From positions 3,502-67,501 of the forward strand of contig CANQTQ010000004.1 of NCBI GenBank assembly GCA_947626765.1: 64,000 nucleotides of DNA. Direction: 5' to 3'. Within the stretch, counting starts at the first letter, position 1. Each line of letters starts with the position of its first letter. This stretch comes from an uncultured Clostridia bacterium. Its GTDB lineage: Bacteria; Bacillota; Clostridia; TANB77; CAG-508. Below, piece after piece: positions 28,550 through 37,942 of the stretch. Both the position numbers and the translations under genes were made by a program. The notes below the pieces were generated by a model, which made no database searches, was not told where the DNA came from, and worked only from the letters and a program-made list of their open reading frames with translations.

Positions 28550-29257
28550 ATGTATAGTCTTATGTCGTACAATTTTGGAAACTTATTTAGAACAGCAAGG
28601 AAGGCAAAGGGATTAAGTATTGAAGAAATAGCTAGTAAAATAGATAAAGCACCAAGTACAGTATATAAATATGAAACAAATACAATTATTCCGGATTTTG
28701 AAACAGTTATTAGTATATGTAATGCACTAGAAATAAAGCTAGATGATTTAGCTTATAGAGAAGAAGTAGAGGGAAATGTTGAAACAACAAATAATCCATT
28801 TTCAACTGATAACTTATATATGTATTACATAGATACAAACAGAAAACTATATGAAATGAAATTAGAAATAAAAGCAGAAGATGGAGTAATGAAAGTATAT
28901 TTTAAGGTACCATCATTAAATGATAAAATATTTTTTGTAGGATCAATTGAGTCAAATTCAGACGTAGCATTTATAATGCTAAAGAATTATGGCTCTAGTA
29001 ATAATCATTTTGAAAAAGTAATGATATTTATAAATATGAACCACTCTAGCGATGATATAAAAATGGGAGTAATATGTGGAGAAAAAGATAATACTTATGT
29101 GCCAGTACTTAAAAAAGTTTGTATTGTTAAGCAAACTTTAAATGAAAATGAAAAAGACAATATTATAAAGCGATTAGAAATAACAGAAAATGAGATAGAG
29201 CAAATAAAGAAAGATGGATATTGGTATCCTGATATTTCTAATAATGCTGGTTATTAG
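28550..29257 (+). CDS. XRE-family HTH regulator with an uncharacterized C-terminal domain
   Basis: N-terminal HTH_3 (FRTARKAKGLSIEEIASKIDKAPSTVYKYETNTIIPDFETVISICNALEIKLDDL). Divergent from the sigma-like/int operon, like Tn916 orf9. Confidence 0.8.
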   Translation: MYSLMSYNFGNLFRTARKAKGLSIEEIASKIDKAPSTVYKYETNTIIPDFETVISICNALEIKLDDLAYREEVEGNVETTNNPFSTDNLYMYYIDTNRKLYEMKLEIKAEDGVMKVYFKVPSLNDKIFFVGSIESNSDVAFIMLKNYGSSNNHFEKVMIFINMNHSSDDIKMGVICGEKDNTYVPVLKKVCIVKQTLNENEKDNIIKRLEITENEIEQIKKDGYWYPDISNNAGY

Positions 29258-29268
29258 GTAAAAACGCA

Positions 29269-29297
29269 TTGACTTTACATAATAAAGATGATATAAT
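29269..29297 (+). promoter_or_regulatory. Near-consensus sigma-A promoter for the repeat-protein gene
   Basis: TTGACT (29269-74), 17 nt spacer, TATAAT (29292-97). Confidence 0.65.
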
Positions 29298-29353
29298 TTA
29301 CGCACAAAGGCTAATATGCCTTAATAAAAAACACTTTAAAGGAGTGAAAAAAA

Positions 29354-30133
29354 GTGAAAATTTCAATTGAGTTATCCGAAATTTCCCTTGAGGAACGGAT
29401 AAAACTGGCAAAGAGAACATCAGACCAAAATGCACTTAAGGTACTTGCACAAGACGAACAAAGCAAAGTTAGATGCGAAGTGGCAAGAAGTACCAAAGCA
29501 ACCTTTGGAATTCTTTTGAAACTTTCAGAAGATGAAGACAGCGACGTAAGAAAAGCAGTAGCAGAAAACGACAATGCAACTTCTAAAATTCTTTTGAAAC
29601 TTTCAGAAGATAAAAACGACGATGTAAGAGAAGCAGTAGCAGAAAGTGATAATGCAACTTCTACAGTCCTTTTGAAACTTTCAGAAGATGAATGCGACAA
29701 TGTAAGAGAAGCAGTAGCAGAAAGTGATAATGCAACTCCTAAAATTCTTTTGAAACTTTCAAAAGATAAAAGTGACATTGTGAGAGAAACAGTAGCAGAA
29801 AATCCCAATGCAACTCCTACCATTCTTTTAAAACTTTCAAAGGACGAAGAATGGTATATAAGGAGAACAGTAGCAGAAAGCGACAATGCAACTCCTAAAA
29901 TTCTTTTGAAACTTTCAAAAGATGAAGACAGCGATGTAAGAAAAGCAGTAGCAGAAAATGCTAATGTAACTACTGACATACTTTTAAAACTTTCAGAAGA
30001 TGAAAGCGACGAGGTAAGAGAAACAGTAGCAAGAAATACCAATTCCACCATTGAAGTTCTTCGTAAGCTTTTCTCTGACGATAATTATTGTGTAGCTGAG
30101 GCTGCTTTAAAAAACTACAGAGAAAAAAATTAA
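29354..30133 (+). CDS. Leucine-rich-repeat-variant (LRV) / HEAT-like repeat protein, about 9 x 26 aa
   Basis: GTG start after RBS aaaggag. Repeats have the form AE(N/S)xNATxxILLKLSxDxxxxVRxAV. GC-richer codon usage than the flanking genes. Confidence 0.8.
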   Translation: MKISIELSEISLEERIKLAKRTSDQNALKVLAQDEQSKVRCEVARSTKATFGILLKLSEDEDSDVRKAVAENDNATSKILLKLSEDKNDDVREAVAESDNATSTVLLKLSEDECDNVREAVAESDNATPKILLKLSKDKSDIVRETVAENPNATPTILLKLSKDEEWYIRRTVAESDNATPKILLKLSKDEDSDVRKAVAENANVTTDILLKLSEDESDEVRETVARNTNSTIEVLRKLFSDDNYCVAEAALKNYREKN

Positions 30134-30143
30134 AATTTTCACA

Positions 30144-30177
30144 CCCACACTTGTTACATAACAGGTGTGGGATTTTT
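30144..30177 (+). terminator. Terminator after the repeat-protein gene
   Basis: cccacac..gtgtggg stem followed by attttt. Confidence 0.6.
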
Positions 30178-30192
30178 AAAATTTTAAAAAAT

Positions 30193-31146
30193 TTATTTAA
30201 TTTTATTTTTTATAAAATTATCAACTACCCTTTTTAATCTGTCAATTGGAAAATCAAAAAGAGTTTTTACTACTTCAAATGTATGTTGTATGTAGCTTTT
30301 TAGTTTGCTATTTTCTTGTTTTAAGCTAGCATTTTCAGTTTGTAGTGTAGCTACTCTTTGAATTGCTATATATGCTTTAGCTAGATTAACTTTTAATTTT
30401 TTGTTATATTCTACTAATTGCATATTTTGTGCTACTACTAAACTTAAATTTTGTGTTTCTAACTCATTTTTAGTTATATCTAGCTTATCTGTTTTTTCGT
30501 TATTTTCTATCTCGTATTTTATATTTTCATAGTTTGTTACTTTTTTAAGTGTTTCTATTGGAATATGAGTATTTTCTTTTGTATTTCCACGTTCTAAGTC
30601 AAAGCCATTTTCTATTACACATTTATAGAAGTTATCTTGTAAAATTCTATAACTTTCTCTACCTTTCCAAAATTCACTACAAGCAATTTTATTTATTTCA
30701 TTTCCGTTTTTATCTTTAGTATGTACTACTGGAACGAAAACCAGATGCATGTGTGGGGTGCTTTCATCCATATGTACTTTAGCAGATACTATAAATTTTT
30801 CTCCTAAATTTTGATAATTTGCTATAAAATTATATGCAGTTTGAAAATATCTTTTGGTTTCTTCTGGTCCAATTTTTTCAAAGAAATCTTTATCAGAAGT
30901 AATTATTAATTCGCACATAATATTGCTAACCTTTTTAATTTGTCCTTTTAAATTATATTTTTCTTTTAAAATATTAAAAGCTTTTTGATATGAAGTATTT
31001 ATACTTTTTATTGAATAATTTTTTATAGAACTATTTTTGTTTATTTCTTTATTTGAATAATTAGTATTTTTTCTTTCATTGTGTCTATATATAAGTGATA
31101 ATTGTCCCATTTTATAATTTTCATTTCTAATAATTGCATAACTCAT
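30193..31146 (-). CDS. mob: MobV-family (Mob/Pre) relaxase
   Basis: N-terminal HNER region and HMDESTPHMHLVFVPV (H-x-D-E..H-x-H motif III); C-terminal coiled coil. Confidence 0.85.
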   Translation of the reverse strand: MSYAIIRNENYKMGQLSLIYRHNERKNTNYSNKEINKNSSIKNYSIKSINTSYQKAFNILKEKYNLKGQIKKVSNIMCELIITSDKDFFEKIGPEETKRYFQTAYNFIANYQNLGEKFIVSAKVHMDESTPHMHLVFVPVVHTKDKNGNEINKIACSEFWKGRESYRILQDNFYKCVIENGFDLERGNTKENTHIPIETLKKVTNYENIKYEIENNEKTDKLDITKNELETQNLSLVVAQNMQLVEYNKKLKVNLAKAYIAIQRVATLQTENASLKQENSKLKSYIQHTFEVVKTLFDFPIDRLKRVVDNFIKNKIK

Positions 31147-31354
31147 ATTGAAATTCCTCCTTTATCGTTTTATTTAAATTTATTATTTAATTTATTACTT
31201 AATTTAAGCAAGGCTACGTAAGCTTTTGCTTATGATCTAATGCTTATTAATTTAGCTGATATAACACAAAGAAAAAGTGTTAGAACATACTAGAACACTT
31301 TTTTCAAAAGTGTTCTGTATGATTAAGGGGCTTTGCCCCTTAATAAACCCCATT

Positions 31355-31430
31355 AAGCCACAAATTCAAATTAAAATTCCTCAGAATTTTATTTCAATTT
31401 GTGGCTTACGTGTGAATAAGTGTAGTATAT
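31355..31430. promoter_or_regulatory. Candidate oriT (long imperfect inverted repeat plus GTGTG-containing flank)
   Basis: aagccacaaattcaaattaaaattc / gaattttatttcaatttgtggctt inverted repeat, followed by acgtgtgaataagtgtag, about 200 nt upstream of mob. Confidence 0.35.
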
Positions 31431-31590
31431 GGGTTTATGTTCTTTGGTGTAAGTAGCATTTGTTAACTTTTGCTTTCGCAAAAGTTACAAAAGCTACGTT
31501 GCTACATATCATTGCAATTTTTGTAGTTTATCGAAGTTTTTATTAAAAATTTCATTTGACTTTTAATTTATTTTATAGTAAAATAAAAAC

Positions 31591-31670
31591 AAGAAGTGAG
31601 AAACCACAAACGTGGTCACCACAGAGTTGTAACAACACATTGCTCGGGTAAGCTAAATGTGTTGTTTTTA
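31591..31670 (+). ncRNA. Candidate antitoxin sRNA, convergent with the small toxin ORF
   Basis: Promoter TTGACT (31556-61), 17 nt spacer, TAAAAT (31579-84). Terminator aacaacacatt...aaatgtgttgtt plus T-run (31631-31669) abuts the toxin stop codon. Confidence 0.35.
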
Positions 31671-31671
31671 T

Positions 31672-31776
31672 TTATTCCTTATTTGCTACAATTATATATA
31701 TAACTGCTAATAAGGCTACGTTTATAGTTAGTAAAGTTATAAATCCTATAATTAGGAATAGTAAAAAATCTACCAT
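31672..31776 (-). CDS. 34-aa hydrophobic peptide, candidate type I toxin (Fst/TxpA-like architecture)
   Basis: RBS ggaagtgaggtgg, then ATG. Product MVDFLLFLIIGFITLLTINVALLAVIYIIVANKE: a single TM helix with a charged tail. Too short for the supplied ORF track. Confidence 0.5.
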   Translation of the reverse strand: MVDFLLFLIIGFITLLTINVALLAVIYIIVANKE

Positions 31777-32038
31777 AAACACCACCTCACTTCCTTAGAG
31801 TAAAACTCTATATGTAAAGTGGCAACACACTCTTGCTTATTCTCATTTCTTGTAAATATTACTATACAGTAATTATTTATAAAAAACAAGCGAACAATAA
31901 AAAAATATATAATTTTTTTATTTATTTCATTTTACGATTTTTTGTGAATTTTTGTGTCACTTTATAATTTACAAAAATCTGTCACATATTTGTCACATGA
32001 ATTCATAAAAATATTGATATTTCAGCATTATAACTAAC

Positions 32039-32130
32039 CACCTGCTCCAAGAAAAGTGGTTTTAGTAGCCACTTTTTTCTTTTTGCAAATTTATGCATTA
32101 TTACCCAAATACTTGATACAACTAAATTCT
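32039..32130. repeat. attR direct repeat
   Basis: Copy of 24926..25016, i.e. the tRNA-Gly 3' end plus about 80 nt. Confidence 0.85.
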
Positions 32131-32263
32131 CTTTATAGTTCAATGCTAATAGCTAATCTAAAGAAGTTTTTTTGCACAGTTTTTTAATAAAAATATTTAT
32201 AAAACTATTGACATATACAAACAAATGTTTTACAATATATAAATAAAAGAAAGGTGTGAAATT

Positions 32264-33172
32264 ATGCAAGAAAATAATTTAGAAATTCAAAACGAATCAT
32301 CAAATGAAGACATAAAAAAATTAATATATACAATAAGAGGTAAGCAAGTTATGCTAGATAGTGATGTAGCTATGTTATATAATTATGAAACAAAAAATGT
32401 AAATAAAGCTGTAAAAAGAAATATTGATAGATTTCCAGAGGAATTCTGCTTTCAACTAACAGAAAAAGAATTTCAAACTTTGAGGTTCCAATTTGGAACC
32501 TCAAAACAAAATTTAGAAATGAATAATGAACTCAGAGGAGGAAGAAGATATTTACCTTATGCTTTTACAGAGCAAGGAATTGCTATGTTAGCAGGTATCT
32601 TAAAAAACGATATAGCTGTAAAAGTTAGTATTAATATTATAAAATCCTTTATAGAAATGAGAAAATTTATATCTTTAAATGGACAAGTATTTGAAAGATT
32701 AACAAATGTAGAATATAAATTGCAAGAATACGATAAACAATTTGATAAAATATTTAACCAATTACAGCTTGAAGAAAATATAAAGCAAAGAATATTTTTT
32801 GATGGTCAAATATGGGATAGTTATAGTATCATTGTAGACATTATAAAAAAAGCAAATAACAAGATTTTAATTATAGATAATTATATTGATGACAGTATTT
32901 TGAAAATGCTAACTAAAAAGAAAAATAGTGTGGAAGTAGTTATTGTAACATCAGATAAAAGTAATATTGACAATTTAGATATTAAAAAATTCAATAAAGA
33001 ATATCCTATATTAAAAGTTGCTAAAACAAATAAATTTCATGATAGATTTATTATTATAGACAATAAAGAAATGTATCATTTAGGTGCTTCTATAAAAGAT
33101 TTAGGTAAAAAATGCTTTGCAATTAACAGAATTGAAGATATGGAAATTATAGAAAAAATTATTAATTTATAG
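32264..33172 (+). CDS. ORF6N (KilA-N-like) DNA-binding domain protein with a C-terminal PLD-like HDRFIIID module
   Basis: IRGKQVMLDSDVAMLYNYETKNVNKAVKRNIDRFPEEFCFQLT...GGRRYLPYAFTEQGIAML is the ORF6N signature. C-terminal FHDRFIIIDNKEMYHLGASIKDLGKK. Confidence 0.75.
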   Translation: MQENNLEIQNESSNEDIKKLIYTIRGKQVMLDSDVAMLYNYETKNVNKAVKRNIDRFPEEFCFQLTEKEFQTLRFQFGTSKQNLEMNNELRGGRRYLPYAFTEQGIAMLAGILKNDIAVKVSINIIKSFIEMRKFISLNGQVFERLTNVEYKLQEYDKQFDKIFNQLQLEENIKQRIFFDGQIWDSYSIIVDIIKKANNKILIIDNYIDDSILKMLTKKKNSVEVVIVTSDKSNIDNLDIKKFNKEYPILKVAKTNKFHDRFIIIDNKEMYHLGASIKDLGKKCFAINRIEDMEIIEKIINL

Positions 33173-33246
33173 AACTTAAAATAACGTTTGCTATTAAGAA
33201 AAACACTTTTAGAAAAAAAGTTGCATTTATCTACAATTTTTTATTA

Positions 33247-34038
33247 TTAAAATAAAACATTTTTTAATTTAAAATAGTCATCATTTTCTTTACAAATAAT
33301 GTCAAATTTAGACTTAAAATCTTCAACCTGACTTTTAGTATAATCATCTGTTAAAAATCCAACATTTAAAACGAAGTCATGATTTTCCTTGTTTACCATA
33401 TTTAAATCAGTTACTTGGTCTGCTAACAAAATAACTTGTTTTCTATCTTTTAATTTCTCAGAGATATTATTTGGCAAAGAAACTTCATTTTTATTTAAGC
33501 TATGAATAATATTTTTTTCTACACCAATTGCAATACCATTTTTAAAAATAATTTTATTGCTACTAACATGAACATTATCAAAATAACAATTATTTGTTTT
33601 TAAAAATGTTTCAATAAAATTACCAATTCCGGCACTAATAATTATTAATGGAATATTGTTTTCATGTAAAAAGGTTATAAACTCTTTTGCACCAGGTCTA
33701 AAGTTTAAAACTCGTAAATCTGTTGCAGCTATTTTAAAAATTTCTTCACTCATTTTATATTTTACAAATAATTCAATATGTTTTTGAAACCATTCTCTTA
33801 CAAGTGTTACCTTTTTATTTAAGTCCATTTTTTCATCAACTTCAATAGGACGATAATATTCATACAATTCGTCTCTTTCTTTTATATATGAACTTGGAAC
33901 TAAATTACTACTTGCTAAAATAGACCAAGAAGTTTTACTGCTTCCGGTAGTAATAGTTTTATCAAAATCTGCTACAACATAAATATTTTTAAAGTCTGAA
34001 AATGGCAATAATTCTTTAACATTTGAATGAATAATCAT
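33247..34038 (-). CDS. HAD-superfamily hydrolase (5'-nucleotidase/UMPH-1-like)
   Basis: Motif I VVADFDKTIT; later IISAGIGN and LLADQVTD. ATG 34038 follows RBS aaaggag. Confidence 0.65.
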   Translation of the reverse strand: MIIHSNVKELLPFSDFKNIYVVADFDKTITTGSSKTSWSILASSNLVPSSYIKERDELYEYYRPIEVDEKMDLNKKVTLVREWFQKHIELFVKYKMSEEIFKIAATDLRVLNFRPGAKEFITFLHENNIPLIIISAGIGNFIETFLKTNNCYFDNVHVSSNKIIFKNGIAIGVEKNIIHSLNKNEVSLPNNISEKLKDRKQVILLADQVTDLNMVNKENHDFVLNVGFLTDDYTKSQVEDFKSKFDIICKENDDYFKLKNVLF

Positions 34039-34149
34039 ATTAACTCCTTTAAATAAGTTATTAACATATTTATTATATAACAAAACAAAAAATATTGCTA
34101 TTTTTTATAAAATAAAATATAATTAAGAAACGAAATGGAGGAATTAACT

Positions 34150-34719
34150 ATGCCAAGTTTTAATATTCATTTAGCAATAGCAAATAAATATATGGAAAAT
34201 CATGATATAAGAGATAAAGAAGAATTTTTAACAGGAAGTATTGCACCAGATTTTGCAGAAAAAGCAAAAAGTCATTATAGTATAATTTTAGAAAATGCTA
34301 CATTAGCAGAAGAATTAAAAAATAAAGTTATTATAGAAAATTTCTTAAAACAAAATGAAATTAAAACTGATTATGATAAAGGAGTATTTTTACACTTACT
34401 TGCAGACAAAATATTTTTTACAAGTTTTTTTGATGATGAATATTTACAAACTGTTGATAAAGATACATTTAGAAAAAATTTATATTATAGTTATGGCAAA
34501 ACAAATGCATATCTAACAGAAAAATATAATATTAAATTTCCAAAAAAGTATGAAAAAGAAATAGCAGAAATTACTAAATGTAATACAACTGATAAAAAAT
34601 GTGAAACAAAGGAAGAAGTTTGTGTTTTACCGTTTGGCAAATTAGATAAATTTATAGAAGAAGTATCTAATATTAACTTAGATGAATATGCAAAAAGTTG
34701 CAATGATACATATTGTTAA
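34150..34719 (+). CDS. Hypothetical protein
   Basis: ATG 34150 lies 8 nt after GGAGG. No family recognised with confidence (His/Asp-rich N-terminus FNIHLAI..APDF..HY..HLLADK). Confidence 0.5.
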   Translation: MPSFNIHLAIANKYMENHDIRDKEEFLTGSIAPDFAEKAKSHYSIILENATLAEELKNKVIIENFLKQNEIKTDYDKGVFLHLLADKIFFTSFFDDEYLQTVDKDTFRKNLYYSYGKTNAYLTEKYNIKFPKKYEKEIAEITKCNTTDKKCETKEEVCVLPFGKLDKFIEEVSNINLDEYAKSCNDTYC

Positions 34720-34819
34720 ATCTTAAAAAAATACATATTTAAAATATAAGTAACACAAAATATATAAAGATGTTTATAAAATGCAAATAACATTATTATA
34801 AGCATACAAGGAGATAAAA

Positions 34820-37594
34820 ATGGAAGAAAACGAAAATAAATGGTTTAGTAAAAGCATAGAAGAAGTAGAAAATTACTTTGAAGTAGATAAATCTAAAGGA
34901 CTATCTAATGAGCAAGTAGAAAAATCAAGAGAGAAGTATGGAATTAATGAGTTAGAAACCAAAAAGAAAAAAAGTTTATTTATAAAATTTTTAGAGCAAT
35001 TTAAAGATTTTATGATTATTATTTTAATAATAGCAGCAATTATTTCAGGAATAATAGGCTATATAGAAGGAGAAGGAATTACAGATTCTATTATAATTTT
35101 AATAGTAGTTATAGTTAATGCTATTATAGGTGTAGCACAGGAAAGCAAGGCAGAAAAATCTTTAGAGGCTCTTCAAAAGCTTAGTTCTCATGTGGCAAAA
35201 GTATTAAGAAATGGAAATATAGAGGTAGTTCCATCTAAAGAATTAGTACCAGGAGATATTGTAGTATTAGATACTGGAGATTTTGTTCCGGCAGATTTAA
35301 GAATTATAGAAGCGGTTAATTTAAAATCACAAGAAGCATCTTTAACAGGAGAATCTGTTCCAGTAGAAAAAATTACCTCTAAAATAGAAAAGGAAAAAGT
35401 AGGAATAGGAGACAGAGCAAATATGCTATTTTCTTCTAGCTTAATTACATATGGTAGAGGAAAAGGAATTGTTGTTGAAACTGGTATGAATACAGAAGTA
35501 GGAAAAATTGCTGGAATGATTAATAATACTGTAGATACCCAAACTCCACTTCAACAAAAATTAAATAAACTAGGAAAAACATTAGGAATAGCAGCAATAG
35601 TTATTTGTATAATTATTTTTATAATAGGTTTATTATATGGAAAAAATCCAATAGATATGTTTATGACAGCAGTAAGCTTAGCAGTAGCTGCAATTCCAGA
35701 GGGATTAGCAGCAGTATCTACAATAGTTTTAGCAATAGGTGTGCAAAGAATGGTAAAAAAACATGCTATTGTTAAAAAGCTTCCAGCAGTAGAAACTTTA
35801 GGAAGCACTACTGTAATTTGTTCAGATAAAACAGGAACTTTAACACAAAATAAAATGACTGTAAAAAAGATTTTTTACAATGGAAACTTAGTAAACATAG
35901 AAGATGTAGAAGCATTAGAAACTATGCCAGAAGAACTACAAAAATTAATTTATATTAGTATGTTTTGCAATGATACAAAAGTAGCAGAGAATAAAACTTT
36001 AGCAGGAGATCCAACAGAAACAGCTTTAATAGATATGGGCTTTAACCTAGGTTTTCAGCCAGCAATATTAGAGCAATTTCCACGAGTTAAAGAACTTCCA
36101 TTTGATTCAGAAAGAAAGCTTATGACAACAGTTCATAAAACAATAGATAAATATATAGTATATACAAAAGGTGGAATTGATGAATTATTACAAAAATGTA
36201 ATAGATATAGCTTAAATGGAACTATTAATGAAGACCTAGAAAACTATAAATTAGAAATTATAAAACAAAATGAACAAATGGCACAAAATGCACTTAGAGT
36301 TTTAGGTATGGCATATAAAGAATTAGACCATGAACCAACAGATGATGAAGTAAAACAAATAGAAAAAGATTTAATTTATGTTGGCATGGTAGGAATGATA
36401 GATCCACCAAGAGAAGAAGTTAAAGAAGCAGTAGAAAAATGCAAAAGAGCAGGAATAAAAACAGTTATGATTACAGGTGATCATAAAATAACTGCAATAG
36501 CAATAGCAAAGGCTTTAGGAATTTTAGAAGATGAGTCAGAAGCAATAACAGGCTCTGAACTTGAAAATATGTCTGATGAAGAATTAATACAAAATGTAAG
36601 AAAATATAGTGTTTATGCAAGAGTATCACCAGAACATAAAGTTAGAATAGTAAAAGCATGGCAAGCAAATGGTGAAATTGTTGCAATGACAGGAGATGGC
36701 GTAAATGATGCACCAGCTTTAAAAACAGCAGATATTGGCTGTGCAATGGGAATTGTAGGTACAGATGTATCAAAAGAAGCAGCAGATGTTATTTTAACAG
36801 ATGACAATTTTGCAACTATAGTATCTTCTGTTGAAGAAGGTAGAAGAATTTATGATAATATTTTAAAGGCAATTCAATTTTTACTTTCTAGCAATGTTGG
36901 AGAAATTATTATATTATTTGTTGCAATACTAATTACACCTTTACTAAGTAGCTGGTTTAATATTGATGTAAACTTAATTGTACCGCTTCTTCCAATTCAT
37001 ATATTATGGATTAATTTAGTAACAGATTCACTTCCAGCTTTAGCATTAGCAGTAGACCCACCAGAAAAAGATATAATGAATAGAAAACCTTTAAAACCAA
37101 AACAAGGTGTATTTACCAAAGGAATGACTTGGAGAATAATTTATCAAGGAATTATGATAGGCTTAATTACATTAATAGCATTTTGCATAGGCTTAGCAAC
37201 ACCTGAAAATGTTCTTCCAGAAGTACAAGTAACAGATGCAAATGGAATAGTTAGAACATTAAGTACAGAAGAAGTAAAGGTAGAAATAGGTCAAGCAATG
37301 GCATTTACAGTTTTAGCTTTATCTGAACTTGTACATGTATTTAATGTTAGAAACAATAAAAAATCTATTTTCAAAACTGGAATTTTAAATAATAGTAAAT
37401 TAATATTAGCAACAGTTGTATCTGCAATGCTTATGATTGTTATATTAGTAATAGAGCCATTAAGACATATATTTAGTATTCCAGTACTACCACTTATGAA
37501 TATAATAGAAATTATAATACTAGTATTTTCACCAATTGTAATTGTAGAATTATTTAAGCTATTTAAAATTAATACTACTAAGGATGAGCAATAA
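34820..37594 (+). CDS. P-type Ca2+-transporting ATPase (P2A/P2B-like)
   Basis: 924 aa; TGES, phosphorylation site CSDKTGTLT, TGD, GDGVNDAPALK; 10 TM pattern. Confidence 0.9.
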   Translation: MEENENKWFSKSIEEVENYFEVDKSKGLSNEQVEKSREKYGINELETKKKKSLFIKFLEQFKDFMIIILIIAAIISGIIGYIEGEGITDSIIILIVVIVNAIIGVAQESKAEKSLEALQKLSSHVAKVLRNGNIEVVPSKELVPGDIVVLDTGDFVPADLRIIEAVNLKSQEASLTGESVPVEKITSKIEKEKVGIGDRANMLFSSSLITYGRGKGIVVETGMNTEVGKIAGMINNTVDTQTPLQQKLNKLGKTLGIAAIVICIIIFIIGLLYGKNPIDMFMTAVSLAVAAIPEGLAAVSTIVLAIGVQRMVKKHAIVKKLPAVETLGSTTVICSDKTGTLTQNKMTVKKIFYNGNLVNIEDVEALETMPEELQKLIYISMFCNDTKVAENKTLAGDPTETALIDMGFNLGFQPAILEQFPRVKELPFDSERKLMTTVHKTIDKYIVYTKGGIDELLQKCNRYSLNGTINEDLENYKLEIIKQNEQMAQNALRVLGMAYKELDHEPTDDEVKQIEKDLIYVGMVGMIDPPREEVKEAVEKCKRAGIKTVMITGDHKITAIAIAKALGILEDESEAITGSELENMSDEELIQNVRKYSVYARVSPEHKVRIVKAWQANGEIVAMTGDGVNDAPALKTADIGCAMGIVGTDVSKEAADVILTDDNFATIVSSVEEGRRIYDNILKAIQFLLSSNVGEIIILFVAILITPLLSSWFNIDVNLIVPLLPIHILWINLVTDSLPALALAVDPPEKDIMNRKPLKPKQGVFTKGMTWRIIYQGIMIGLITLIAFCIGLATPENVLPEVQVTDANGIVRTLSTEEVKVEIGQAMAFTVLALSELVHVFNVRNNKKSIFKTGILNNSKLILATVVSAMLMIVILVIEPLRHIFSIPVLPLMNIIEIIILVFSPIVIVELFKLFKINTTKDEQ

Positions 37595-37667
37595 CAATAC
37601 AATTCATAAACTTAAAATAGTCCGCCACGTCGCTTGCGTATGGCGGATTATTTTAAAAGTAATTAAG

Positions 37668-37820
37668 GCACTATTATTATATATTTCTTATGTTTTTCAT
37701 CCGAACCGCATAGGAGTGTGAATTACTGCATGCTTTCTTTTAGTAATTTATTCTAGGCTAAGTAATAAGTAGCAAATGCTCTCTAAATTCAAAACAGTTC
37801 GAAATATATAATAATAGTGC
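37668..37820. repeat. Perfect 20-bp inverted repeat enclosing a 113-nt GC-richer core
   Basis: gcactattattatatatttc (37668-87) is the exact reverse complement of gaaatatataataatagtgc (37801-20). It follows the ATPase terminator tccgcca...tggcgga. Confidence 0.85.
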
Positions 37821-37942
37821 AGTTTAGAAAATGAATTTAATTAATTTTAAAGTCAATATAATTTTAAAAAAATTCCTTAAATTGACTATTAAATTTTTTT
37901 CAAATAGTATATAATACTTAAAGAAAAAATAGTCGATTTAAG

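Noticed and set aside
29311-30051. 246-aa minus-strand ORF opposite the LRV-repeat gene.
   Set aside because: It is open only because the 78-nt repeat unit happens to lack stops on the antisense strand. The sense strand has the RBS, the promoter and a recognisable LRV consensus.
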